From: Bugula neritina
Taxonomy: Eukaryota; Animalia; Bryozoa
DNA length: 64,000 nt
Direction of reading: 5' to 3'
Assembly (NCBI GenBank): GCA_964035545.1
Contig: OZ037767.1
Location: forward strand, 6,340,707-6,404,706
The notes under the pieces were generated by a model that saw only the letters and a program-made list of their open reading frames with translations, had not been told where the DNA came from and made no database searches. Shown in pieces: positions 1 through 12,741 of the stretch. Numbering within the stretch: position 1 is the first letter of the stretch; every line of letters starts with the position of its first letter. The translations under genes and the position numbers were made by a program.

Positions 1-289
1 CCAAAACTAGTAAAATATCAATAAATGCACCTAAATAATCAAGGTTTTTCTTAATTTTGCTTGATTTCCCATGTTTTTTCCTATTTACTTAGCTAATTTG
101 TATTGCGGACCGTTACTAAAAAACCATAACGGTTCGCAATCAAAAGTAGCTGAATAATTGGGAATATATGCTAAAATAGCTAAAAACTGGAGATTTCTAG
201 TGTGTACTAAATTAAGTAAAATGACCCTCATATGTAATACTGTGTGTTATGTTATTATCTCAGCTTTAATTCAGACTTTATCTTACAGC

Positions 290-1798
290 TTTACATCAGC
301 AACACTTGGCTGCAAGTTTAGCCAATCAGGAGGCCATGTTGCATCACAAAAAAGTAGCGGAAGATCTAGCCAATCAGCAGAAATTGGCTAAGCAACAGCA
401 GATAGCAGCCATTGCTGCTGAACAGAACGCTGCGTCCCACTTAGCCACGCAGAAGAGACTGATGCAGCAGCAAGTCATAGCCGAGCAGCAGCAACAGCAC
501 AACATGGCAGCGCGACAGAAGATTGTTCAAATGCAACAGCAGCAACAGACTATAGCCAAGCTGAAGCAGCAACACCAGCAGCAGGCAAATCAGTTGGCAT
601 TAGCACAGCATCAGCAAAAGGTCACTCAAGTTCAACACCAAATTCAGCAGCAGAAGTTGGCAGCTCAAGTAATGCAGCAGCAATCAGCTCAGCAGCAGAA
701 AAACATGGTTCAATCGTCACCATCACAGCCAAAGATAGTCATGCAGTCAGCACACAAAAAGTTGTCGCAAGTTTCTAAGCAACAGCTAGCCGCGCAGCAA
801 CAGACTATGGTGCAGGTTGCTAAGCAACAACTAACTGCGCAGCAACAACAGCATTTATTGCAAACTCAGCAGCATCAGCAAAAGTTGGCAGCAGTGAAAG
901 CACAGCAGCAGAAGGAGTTGAACGCCAGACAGCATAGAGTTGGCTCTCAGCTCGTCAGTCAGAACTCTTCTCTCATGTCCTCACCATACAGCAGTACTTC
1001 AGCTACTGTCAGTCCAGTTACAGCCGGGCTTTCTCAGCCCAGGTCCAGGTCTCCTGTGGCGGCAACTGCTATAGTGTCTACACCAACTAGTCGAATGTAA
1101 GTAACTGTGTGTCCTAGTCTTATCTATTAGAGCTCTGTGAATTACCTGCCACATGAAACGAATTTTTGTATGGGCCATTAGCTAACAGAGTAACAGCTTA
1201 TTTTCATATAACTTCTGGAACTTTGTTGTATACACTGTGCTGATGCAATGTTTGCCCTAGGTATTATCAGCCCAACCTGTACTTCGGGCACAGGCATAGG
1301 TAAGTGTATGCTGTGATTTTCAGCCTTGATTTGCTATAATTTGTTTCCTGTTGCTTCAAAATCTGAAATTTGAGTTATCCTTGCTCGACTACTACTGTTG
1401 TTGCTTGCCCAGAATAAAAGCACTAATACGGCTAGGAACTTGAAATAACTAGCCCAGCCGGACATATGTAATTTGTTCAAAACTTGTTAAGAGTTAAATT
1501 GTAATCTTATGATTGATTGTATATAATGAATTTGGTTTATATTGCAGTCCACCCGGAGTGTTTCCATATGCAGTGAATTCACATTTGTCACCAGTCTCGC
1601 CAACGGTCAGTTTAAAAAAATATGGAGGATAATTTATGAATATAGTAATTCATTAAAAAATGTCTTCTGAAATCTGCATCCTTCAATTACAGATAACATC
1701 CGGGTCAGCCCTGTGGCCACGCTCTCCATTGCAGCAGCAACAGCCGAGAGCTTCACAAATAGCTGCTGCCGAATACAGGCGCACCATGGAGGCCAGAA
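290..1798 (+). CDS. Internal/3' exons of a glutamine-rich low-complexity protein (5' end lies outside the window)
   Basis: Phase-consistent GT-AG exons 290-1096, 1261-1299, 1548-1605 and 1693-1798 give ...QQQ-rich...STPTSRM/YYQPNLYFGHRHS/PPGVFPYAVNSHLSPVSPT/ITSGSALWPRSPLQQQQPRASQIAAAEYRRTMEAR. The terminal exon probably lies at ~1990-2160 but is unresolved. No recognisable domain. Confidence 0.75.
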
Positions 1799-3138
1799 GT
1801 AAGTTCTTGTTGAGTGTTGGTACCTTGCTACCAAAGTGTCCACAGTTTCTGTTACTGGTGTGTGTTCAGAGATTGTGTGTGCGTTAGTTTAATACAGTTT
1901 GATCATAATTCTACAGAACACCTAAATTATTTCTGTCATTTTTGTAATATATACATATACTATAAGCTGATTATTATATACTTTTAGAGCAATTAGAAAA
2001 AATGCAGAAATGAAAGAATACGCTACAACAAGATATAACGTAACGTACAGGATGGCTACTATCATGATTGGAATCTCAGAGCCGTTGCAACCAATGCAAG
2101 GCATCACCACACAAGATCTCATAAATAAAACTCACAAATATTCAACTACTCAGCATTAGAACTGTGATTAGTCTCATAGTTTTTGTATACTTCCACAAAC
2201 TGCAGGATTATCAATGTTTTTATTGAAATATGTTTGTTAAATTGTTAATCAGCTCACAATTGTATTTATCAATATCTGATTGTACACTCAATAGAATTGT
2301 TTACGCATTATTTAACTTATATTTTATACATGGATGTAAAGTGTAGAATTGTCTCTATGTACTGTAAATAATGATATAAATAATGAAAAATACACTTATA
2401 TTACACATTGTCATTGTTCCACAGTTTGCACATCATTTAAAGTGAGTAAAGCAGGATCAGAACTGTTTGCTGATTTTCTATTGGTTAGAAATTTCTTCCC
2501 TTGCTGTTACGTGGCATAAAAAGATTGAGCACCAAAATATACAATTACCCCTAGTGCCATTAGCAGCAAAGAAAATACCATAGTTTTTCTGTTTTCTTTT
2601 CGTAATTTTCCAACGACTTGTTCTACAAAAGAAAATAAGGCAGTGAAATATACAACTGTAGACGACAGGTCTTACCTTACATCAAGCAACAAATTGCTAT
2701 ATTGCCCAGGTCACCACTATCACTTTTCATTTCCATTGTTTCACATTATTCGAATGGATGAACTTATGGTTGTGATTTCATTCGATGCAACTGTTTCCAG
2801 ACATCCAATCACATATTTTGAAGCTTGGAAACGCAGTGTATATGTCATTTACAGAGCACACATAAATTGACAGAGTGCATCTGAAGGTACTCACACCAAC
2901 TACATATTATATATACACAAGTGAGTATCTTGCTGTAGAACTGAAATTTTGTTTTCAGCCTAAGAGTTGTTTTTTTTTAATCTTTGTGAAGCATGATACG
3001 TTTCAATGATAATAAATCACATAATTTAATTTGCAATGACTAATAACAGAAGCTACAAATAAATATAGGACATGAATCTAAGCATTAAAGGCTGCGCCAC
3101 TATTGGGTAAACTAAAAACAACCATTTTTGTATCTCAC

Positions 3139-3763
3139 ATCTTCTGTGGTCCATTTTGCTGAATGTTATCTTTAGTTATTCACACATTACAATTATTGGA
3201 TTAATTTCATTAAAAGTGTAACAGGCACAGTACTGTAAAAACTAGCAATAATATATACGGAGGAAGCAATGTATTTAAAAGCTTGAGGGTTTCCAATTTA
3301 TATCAACTCAATTTTTTCGTGATGATATTAGGATGTACTCACCGGTCATGTTTTTCTTCTTTCTCAACTGCCGCAATTCGCTTTCTAACTCATCCCTAGA
3401 CATAAATCATCAGAAATTTTATTCTTTCAAGTTACAAAGTTGAATATTACTTGAGTCATTTTAAATTGCTTTAACTATTATCTAAATATGAGGCAATATA
3501 ACATGCAGTAAATAAATTTCATCAGTCGCATATCATCAAATATAACTTTATAATATAAAAATATTGCAAGCTTTACTTACCTTGTTTCTTTGGTAAGATT
3601 CTTCACACGTAATCGGTGGTTTATCTCATTAATCAAGCCTTCATATTCTGTTATCATATTCTCTTCCTTTTCAATCTGACAGCATTAACAAGAATGAAAG
3701 TGAATACATATAGCAATAAAACCACGTTAATACTTTCACTGGCATATAGAGTCTATTCAGCAT
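3139..3763 (-). CDS. Small predicted coiled-coil protein, multi-exon, ends uncertain
   Basis: Exons 3763-3734, 3675-3581, 3395-3343 and 3169-3139 have canonical splice sites and compatible phases: MLNRLYMPVK/IEKEENMITEYEGLINEINHRLRVKNLTKETR/DELESELRQLRKKKNMTD/NIQQNGPQK. The last exon is not resolved. Absent from the ORF track. Confidence 0.45.
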
Positions 3764-4619
3764 ATCTGAATATACGAAGCAATGAAAAAAGCACTAAGAT
3801 ATGTTCTATGTTCACTCATTTTACAATTTGCCAATGGTACATTAGCGCAAAATTTTATCTACCATATCAGTTCTCCTACTCATCGCTTGCCAAAGCCAAA
3901 AACACAAAAAAAAACAATGTTTTCAGAGTTTTCGAATGCTTTTACCAAAACTTATCATTTAAACCTTATTAATCTACTATACTATGACCACTCCATTATT
4001 TTGTGTGACTGAAATTCTTTACTGTTGACTCTATAGTCTTAAAGATATAATTTCTAATAAAATATTCACTTACTGCTTGAGCTATGGTAGGCATGTCAGA
4101 ATTTCAAGGTTACATATAAATGATATAATGAGTATTTTGCAGATGGTAACACATTGGCTATGCAGACTACTTCAATCTACAAAACAAATACTAAATGGAT
4201 TATCATAAGACAAGTTGCAATTGAACACTATGACTATATGCATCACACATTTTACTTTAAAAAAAATCATTTAAACAGAAAGGCAGTAAATTTATCAGCA
4301 ATGATTCAACAGTAAATTAAAAACAAAAATTAATGAAGGTGCAAAGTGCATCAATATTAATATACCAATCTCCAAGCAAACCCAAAAGCTGGGACGGATT
4401 ATTACTCAACTTTTAAACAATAACAAACCAAAACTGCAACAATCAAACTGAAAGAGAAACATGTATGATGCATGACTTAGTCTTTAACTACTGTGAGTAT
4501 GATTATCACTATCAGTATGACTATTGCTATGACTATGACTGAGTATGAGTATGAGTAGGTGTATGAATATGAATATCAATTATCAACAAACAATATGAAT
4601 ATGAATATGACATTCATAC

Positions 4620-5750
4620 CAGGGTTGGGGTCAATTACATGTAAATGTAATTAATTACAATTGCAATTATAATTACAGTTAAAAATAAATGTAATTAATT
4701 ACAATTACAATTACATGGCAATGTAATTAATTACAATTACAATTACTTTTGTTCTCACAAGGAATAAATAGAAGTCACTTCTCGGGTCCAACTACCAGAG
4801 GCAATGTTGACAGTGGTGAACCTCTTTTGTTTTCTACAGTGATACTATTATGTCATTCCATACCAAATCAACCAACTTTTAAGGGGTCCCACGTCTTTGT
4901 GTCTCAGATTTTGCTCATATTTACACTAAATGGACCTACACATGTTCAGATTACCACTCGTGAATATTTCTGGCCTGACACAAAAAAATTTTGAGAAATT
5001 ACTACTTTGGTGAACAAAGGTTGGAAAATATTTTGAGGAAAATTTGTGATTTATACTTTTAGACCAATTTATAAGTAATTTAAAATTTGATTAGGCGAGT
5101 ATTTGAAATTTTTCAAAATTTACAAAGATTTGTTCATATTCAATGACTTTGCATATATGCACACAAAGTATTCTGTAGTATGTGTTGCTACTAGTGCAAA
5201 TTGATAGGTATTATCAAATCACACAGCAAATTTTAAGGCTAAGTCTAGAAAATTGATTGAGATATAGACGTTTATAGATTAGTCTAAAAGTAGAAATCAC
5301 AAATTTTTCTCAAAATCTTTCTCAACCTTTGTCCACAAAAGTAGTCAGTTCTCAAAAAAAATTTGTGTCAGGTCAGAAATACTGAAGAAGAGTACATGAG
5401 GCACAGGTAGGTCTGTTTGGTGTAAACATTAACAAAATCTGAGACGCAAATAGACGCGGGCAATTCGGTGAGCTGGCATGGAATGACCCTACTATATTGA
5501 CCTAACTATCTGAACTTGTTATTTAACAGTAGGCATTGTAGAAAAAGAAGGAGTTTTTTAAGATTTAAAAGTTTGAAGTAATTGACATGTAATTATAAAG
5601 TAATTGCAAAAATCAATTACATTAGATATGTAATTAATTACAATTACAATTACATTTTTAAACCTCTATTACAAATTACACTCAATTACTTGAAAAAATG
5701 TAATTAATTACAGCCAATTACAATTACAAATTACAATTACCCCAACCCTG
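4620..5750. mobile_element. Non-autonomous hAT-type DNA transposon
   Basis: TIRs CAGGGTTGGGGT...ACCCCAACCCTG; perfect 8-bp TSD ATTCATAC (4612-4619 and 5751-5758); subterminal AATTAC/GTAATT arrays at both ends; no transposase ORF. Confidence 0.9.
4851..5489. mobile_element. Foldback MITE nested inside the hAT element
   Basis: Imperfect inverted arms of ~220 bp: GTCATTCCATACC..GTCTCAGATTTTG.. versus ..CAAAATCTGAGAC..GGCATGGAATGACCC. TA flanks both ends. Confidence 0.8.
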
Positions 5751-8423
5751 ATTCATACTGATACAGACCATACGGCATACTCACTTACAGTTACTAATAC
5801 TCGTTGTCATACTGAGACTGATAAGGATACCATCAGCATCACTATCACTCTATCAGTATCACTATCAGTTATAGTAATAGTTATAGTTATTACTTGATAC
5901 TTAAACTTATGTTATTAGTTAAAACTTATAGTTTATAGTTATAAGTTATAACCACTGAACTGAAACTATAACTCATAACTGGATTATAGTTCAATGGTTA
6001 TAACTATTACTATAAGACTAAGTTATCTAAAACTTTTACTTTTATACTTTAGTAAAAGTTATCATTATTATTATGAACATGATATGAGTTTCAGCATTAG
6101 TATGACTGTCACAATGATTAGACCTACTAGAACTAATACTAGTAATTTTAAATTTAGGTGTTGTGCCTTCAGTCAACCTCTTCATGTAGCTGTAGGACTA
6201 GGTGTAGCAACGGGTCAACCTAAATTCCGACAGTTCATAAACAAACTTTCCTACCCACGTGTTCAACTTCAACCACGCGTTAAGCTTTGCCCACGTGTTT
6301 TCTTTCTTGAACCTTGCAGAAGCAGTGAGTTGAGGCGACAATCTGCACATACTCGCAGGCACATACGGACACGCACGTGTGGTGGTTTATTCATTTGCTT
6401 GTATAAATTTTTTGTCATGGAAACAAATGTCCTGTAATCACTGAAGAAAAGCTATGGAACCCAGTTACACTTAGAAGGACTATTTTGCAAGATATATATG
6501 AAAAATAAAACAAAATAATATTATTATATCAATCTAGTAATGTCAACCAAGAAGTAAACATGTATACATGCATTTAATTTTTTACCTGATTTATGTTTAA
6601 CAGCGCTTGTATGCTAATGTTGCATGCAGTGAATATATAGAAATTATATAATATGTGATATAAAAAATTTTATACCACATTATATTATATGGTGTCTATA
6701 TTCTATATATCTATATTTTTCTTGTATTACATTCTGTAATATTAACCTGGATTACTGCATGTGGCTCTCATTGGATTGATTAGCATCTGGTAGCAATGTT
6801 TAACTAAACGAATGCAATTTAGGAAGTTTACTGGTCTGATTTAAACTTGTGAATTTCTACAAAGTACCATTACTGCAAATTGCTGTTGGCTCAAACACTT
6901 CAACACTGTCAATTTTTTTATGCCTTATTAATTTGAAAGCAGTATTTTGGGATGGTGTCTAAGACTAGTATTAAAAAAATTCAATGCTGCCTTTTTAGAT
7001 ATAGTGGTGGCAGTTGAGTTGTGGCAGCAAGAGTGTTTGGCTAAGACCTAGCTGTGATAGTCATAGAAAATAGTGTCATGTGGATAACATATCTCGTGAT
7101 ACTCTGGAGCAGGTGCTACGGAAAATGCGGGGAGGTGACGACTCCTTTCTGCTAATCCCTCCTATTCACTTTACTCAATTGTTAATCCCTAGCATACTAT
7201 ATTTATTATATTTGCATATACGTATCATGTGTTATATACAGTGAGTGTATTATTTTAAAGTCAATCATTATATTTTGTAATTTGTATTATTTGAATTTAT
7301 ACTGTAATTGTACTTTTACTACTAGATGATTTTTGTTAATATGTTCTTTTAGAATCATGTAGAACGTTGTATACATATAGTTAATTATATATTTTTATTT
7401 TTGTATTTAAGAAATACACCAAAACAGTTGAATAGACTGCAAAACATCCAGTATAGAATTGCTGGCAATGTTGCTAGTTTAACAGAACCTATATGTTTTG
7501 TGAATGAACATAACTCAAAGTATGATGTGGTAAATCAATTAATGAAGGTGTGCTTTGAAAAATCGTCAGGCTTCTGCTACAATTTTTTGAAATTAAGATG
7601 CAAACTGATCTTCACTAATTATCATAATTGTGGTGGAACTCAAAAAACAAGCAAAAGGTATTTGACCAGTAAATTCCATTGATCAATTATATAATAAGTT
7701 AAGACGAATCTAACTACAGCAGCAACATTACTGCTTCAACAAACTTGATGTGTATCATTTATCCCATGACTACCAATACAAAAAATTTACATGTACACAA
7801 TATTACTGCAACATTATAAATAACACCTGGAAACATTCTACAGGTACTAGCTGTAGAATGAGAATAAATACAATAAGCCATTCAATACTGTAAGAGCAGT
7901 AGAGGCGGATCAATATAATATCACAAATTGTATTAGGAGTGTGGCAATATTATTATTACTTTATTGTTGACAATTATTTAAAAAACACTAAGAAATATCA
8001 ACATAAAATATTATATAAATGTGAAATAATAAATCTATTGCCCTATAATCTTAATATTATAGTTGTAACTGAAAAAAAATTTGAAATTTTTGAATGATCG
8101 ATTTTCAACATAAACTCATGACCACTTGAAATTTCTAAAAAACTTTTGTGGTTTCACACATACATGACCATAAACAAAAATTCTTGAATGAAGTTTCTAC
8201 CCAATAAGCTACATATTAGTGAGCCTTGAAGCCATTGCCAGCCAATTAAAAAGTTTCGATTGTCTTCCGATTGTTCTTTTTGATATAAAAGATATGAGCT
8301 TTGATGAGTAATCAGTCAAACTTGATCAGCAAACTAGCAAACTCATCAGACTATAAAACCTCCTGTATACTAATCCCCCGGAAAACCATGTCGTCATCAT
8401 GCTATAAACAGGGTCAGGTGAAA

Positions 8424-9750
8424 ATGGTGCTAGAGGAGAAAGAAATCCCACCCACCAACTCCACCATGCATGCTAACAGTGCCAAAACTTATCTGATTAT
8501 ACCAGAACCTCAAATCCCTACTGAAGCCGACTACTACTGTAAGTATCTTTTATATTTATAGTCTTAGTTCAGACAAATAGTAGTGCTTGCTGTGACTTTT
8601 TTCCTATGTAGCAATCTAATTAAATTTAAAAGATATAGTAAAATGAGAAAATAGAATAGCTGCAACTGTTTGAATAGCTGCCACTGCCTTAGGGTTTCAA
8701 ATAAGACAGCATTTCCAGACTGTATGTACTTAGTTCACCAGGTTTGATGAGTCACTGCAATGCCTTAACACACTACTATGTGTTTTAGTGCCCCCAAATA
8801 ACGTTGACTTACGGGATAGATTGTGGATGCTTCGAAAGAACGGTGAGCATTCAAATTATTTAAAAAGGATTAGTATAAATGTCAAAACTATCATTGCTGG
8901 ACATGCCATGACACGACTATCTGGCTTGCATAAGTTATTGTTTGATAATTTTAGAATAGTCACATTTAAACATATTTAATGTTTTGCTAGTGATGACATT
9001 GCATGTTGTTGTGAATATCTTATAGAGATCTTGGCGTATGCGGTGGTGAATGCCACAGTGCGGTCCATTAAAGAAAGGCAGCTGCACTGGAGATTGTGGG
9101 AAGAGGGCCGACTGGTGTATCCCTTCAAGAAGCATGAACAAGTCACCTATACACCCAACTTTTGCAGAAGGGATACACCAGTTTGGCATCTTCCCACAAA
9201 AGTGGGTAAGTCACTAGCTTTGTTGTTAGATGTCAAGTTGATAGAAACATACTATAAACAAGGTAACAGTGTTGAACATCTGAATGTGCTAACAATAGGT
9301 TAGGAAAATAGTCCAGTATGTCATCATCACCAAATGTTCATTTAGCATCCATGTTAGTATTCTCACCATAGCTGCTCATTTAGTATATCATAAGAGTATT
9401 GATAGTATGCTGTTAGTGCATCAATTGTGTATCACATGATTTGTAGAAGTGGTTGAAAAACAACATCCCCTGGTCCATTCCATCGAGCAGGGTGGCCGGC
9501 TGAGACGAGCAGATGTAAGGCAGTGGCAGACCCATGAAGTAAGTATAAGAGTATGCTTTTATCTTCTGCATATCTTATATATCACTGCTCATTCACCACT
9601 TTGTTTTGTTTTATCATATTCCTTCACCTTGTAACAATTTGATTAATTTATTTACAGAAATACAGCACTGCAAAAAAAGTTGGCATTTGTGCTGCTGTGG
9701 GTCTAGCTGCCACTGCCTTAGGGTATGCTGCCTATAAAACATTCTTTTGA
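8424..9750 (+). CDS. Uncharacterised ~177-189 aa protein with a C-terminal transmembrane anchor
   Basis: Five phase-consistent exons: 8424 (or 8388)-8538, 8789-8842, 9026-9205, 9447-9538, 9658-9750. Ends KYSTAKKVGICAAVGLAATALGYAAYKTFF*. TATAAAA at 8352; AATAAA at ~9873. Confidence 0.75.
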
Positions 9751-10528
9751 GCAGCATACCCGCTCGTCTCAGCCCAGAAGATCTTGGCCACCCTGAGGGC
9801 AACCACTTCCACTGGCATTCACCGCCGCAAAATATATTATTTGTTATATATTTTATTATGTTTTTGTTTGTAAATAAAAACTTGCTCTGTCCATTTTAAA
9901 TGAACAGTTTTGTATTTGGTACAATTCAAACAACAAGCAGCTTAAAATAAAATTTAAGCATAAACAAGATTTTTAAAATATTTGCATTTAAAGTTTTAAA
10001 ATTCTAGATTTCAAATTAAAATAATTTTACTAATTGTTTGTGAATAAAAAAAATAAAAAAGATATATAGGTAGCCTATTTGTTTTTAACATTAAAAATAA
10101 TGTTAATTGACAGAAATTTCATTAATGCAAGACACATTGAATACAGTTTTAATGAGTAGGTAATATTCTGACTAGATTATAAAGTCTTTTTATATAATAA
10201 GTTCAAATAGTGTTTTATTAAATGTTTTAACTTAATACTTGCTTGAAATAAAATATGAATCAAGTCATGCAACTTACATCTGCTTTGATTATCATGCAAA
10301 TAAGGGTTATACATTTACAATCTGTGCCCTTACAATATTTTTAGAGCTTAGAAAAATATTTATCTCAGTGAATATCTGCTAATAACACACAAACACAAAC
10401 AATTTAATAACAATATAGTAACTTAAACAATAATTGTAATACAGTTGGTAAATTCTAGCTATTAGAAAGTCCGCCAGCAGTTTAGTAGCACACCATACAG
10501 TAGGGCATAAAAAAATGAAAAATAAATG

Positions 10529-12044
10529 TCACTGCTGGTTCAACATCTTCATGTTACAGAAGTTGTACCACAGTTCATACATGGCAGGAAAATTTGGAAT
10601 AAAAACTGGAACAGCTGGAGGCAAAGCTGGCAGAGGTACAAAAGGCGCTGGAAAAAAAGATGCTGGAAGAAATCTGTTCATTGCTGGAAATCTACAAACA
10701 GCAAATAACATTATTAGTTTTTTTTTCATAAGCATAGAAATAATTATTTCATATATGCGTAAAAACACTCACAGTAGGGAATAAAAGTCCTTCGAATAGA
10801 AACCTAAAAAGTGGTTAGAAGGGGTAAGTTTGGTGAAAAAAATTGCTATCAAATATAACTTATTTTGACTTAAGACTATTGCATTCCAAAAGTCTGTACG
10901 CCTAATGGAAAAGCTAAGTTATACATTTAAACTGGCTTCCAAAGACTTTAGCTGCAGTTTCATACAGTCAGTATAAATTCACATACCTTGCCATATTCTG
11001 ACTCGCGAGATTCTGATTGGGAGTTGTGGCCCTTAGAACTCTCCGGAATTGCTCAGTCCCTACAGCTAATCAAATAAGTAAAAAATTTATAGCTGGACAC
11101 CTGAACTAAATATTTTATCTAACATTTAATTTGAACAGTTTGCTTTAGTTAACATAATTGCTACAAGATTAGTAAAAGCACCAACACCATAACATTAACA
11201 TTCAAACTTATTATTTTATATGTATGTATACAAACTGTGAGAATGGAATTTTAAATTTATAGTAATTATTTTTAAATATTTATATCATGGTGATCGCTCA
11301 TTTCAACTTACAATTTCTTTGCATGTTGGCATCAAGACATGCTTGAAACCTGCAGGCCCGGCAGTTGTTCCTAGTTAGTTTAGTGACTTCACATTCACCA
11401 CTTCCCTGTGTATACATAATACATTTTGATTTTACAATTTATATCTAATTTTATATAAAAAAAAATTTTTTCTTGGAATTACGACACAAACTTTTTCAAT
11501 AGTTCTAATGTGACCTCATGTTATAAAAATAGTATAAATCTAAGCTAAGGTTTGGCATTCATTTCATACATTATAGATTAGCAATTGATAATCAAAGCTA
11601 CAGATTTTAGTTATTTAACTCCCATTTGAAAATTGTGAGCATGTATAAACAAATTCTATTACTCCAAAAAAATGTACTCTATTTCATAAAACATTATAAT
11701 TTTACCAGATTAGTAAGGCAATCATTTAAAGATTTAAAAACAAGGTCAAAGGGAAGTTTGTAAATTCTCAAACAGTTTCTTTTGAAAAATATAAAAAGTT
11801 GCAACTGGCACAATGAATACTAGAAAGTAGAAACTGATAAGAATGTATTGATGTTTAAAAAACTAAAAAATGCCGTTTTGGCTATACTAATACTTACCGT
11901 GCACTTGTATAAAGCACTTTGTACCACAGTTCTTGTAAAAAAGCAGCGACAACTGTTACAGCTCAAAGAGCCATAATGTATACCACTAGCAGTGTCCCCA
12001 CATACTCTGCAGACTTGAATGGTACGAGAATTGCTGCCTGACAT
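10529..12044 (-). CDS. Nuclear-receptor C4 zinc-finger protein, DNA-binding domain only (no LBD), 160 aa
   Basis: Exons 12044-11898, 11405-11312, 11065-10987 and 10691-10529 total 483 nt in frame. Sequence: CRVCGDTASGIHYGSLSCNSCRCFFTRTVVQSALYKCT/GSGECEVTKLTRNNCRACRFQACLDANM, then a short hinge and a Pro/Phe-rich tail ending in a stop. Confidence 0.85.
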
Positions 12045-12662
12045 GCTGTGAAGATTTGTGCCCTCTGCTTACATCTATTAGTTGTTTAGTGGTGAATTTT
12101 GGTTCATCCTGTCTATTTATATACTGGCAGTTGATCCTCTCCATTTTCAATGCATAGTTTAAGTATCTGAGTGAACTTTATTAGCTCTTTATCTATTTTA
12201 TTATTTGTCTTACAGGTTTGTAATAAAAACCAGCCACTTCAGGGTGATAGTATAATCTTCTCCATACTATGGTGTTTCATAACCACTCAAATAAAATAGT
12301 TATAAGGCGGTGTCCAGTTTGCATCCTTTTACTAGGTACATGGTGGCTATTACCAACAAAATAAAACTAGTTCAATGGCTATAACTGACAAAGTAAATAA
12401 TTATAGGTAATTATGCAATTCAGTTTCACTTTGATGTTTTTCTTATTAGCGAGCTTCACTATAACAAAAGGATTGGTGAATTTTTCACCACTATATGAAG
12501 TCCTCATTTTAATGGTAGGCATTTATTGCATCGTACTCCAGATAAAAAAGCTACCTGAACAGAAAACAAGATATTTTTTCATAAAACAAACTCTATAGAT
12601 ATCTATAAATGTAATTGTCTTTAGTGTTAAATGCTCTAAATTTACCAAATAAATCCATCTTT

Positions 12663-12741
12663 GAAGCCTTTACTGGAGTTTGAACCTCATGACCTTGTGT
12701 TTATTTAGCCAGTCCTCTAACCCTCAGACCATGACTGCTTC
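12663..12741 (-). mobile_element. tRNA-derived SINE-like head (degenerate)
   Basis: The minus strand reads TGGTCTGAGGGTTAGAGGACTGG...GAGGTTCAAACTCC, with A-box/B-box spacing but no good cloverleaf. Similar relics occur at ~13540-13605 (-) and ~15985-16055 (+). Confidence 0.5.

Larger units (their letters stand above)
4480..6140. repeat. Degenerate hexamer (TATGAG/TATGAC/CTATCA-type) simple-repeat tract interrupted by the hAT element
   Basis: Hexamer periodicity at 4480-4619 and 5759-6140; a similar tract occurs at ~47240-47520. Confidence 0.6.

Noticed and set aside
75-165. Imperfect hairpin (ATTGCGGACCGTTA...TAACGGTTCGCAAT)
   Set aside because: Most likely the centre of an intronic MITE cut by the window edge; no evidence for an ncRNA.
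12663-12741. Possible tRNA gene
   Set aside because: Degenerate stems and multiple diverged relatives indicate SINE heads.
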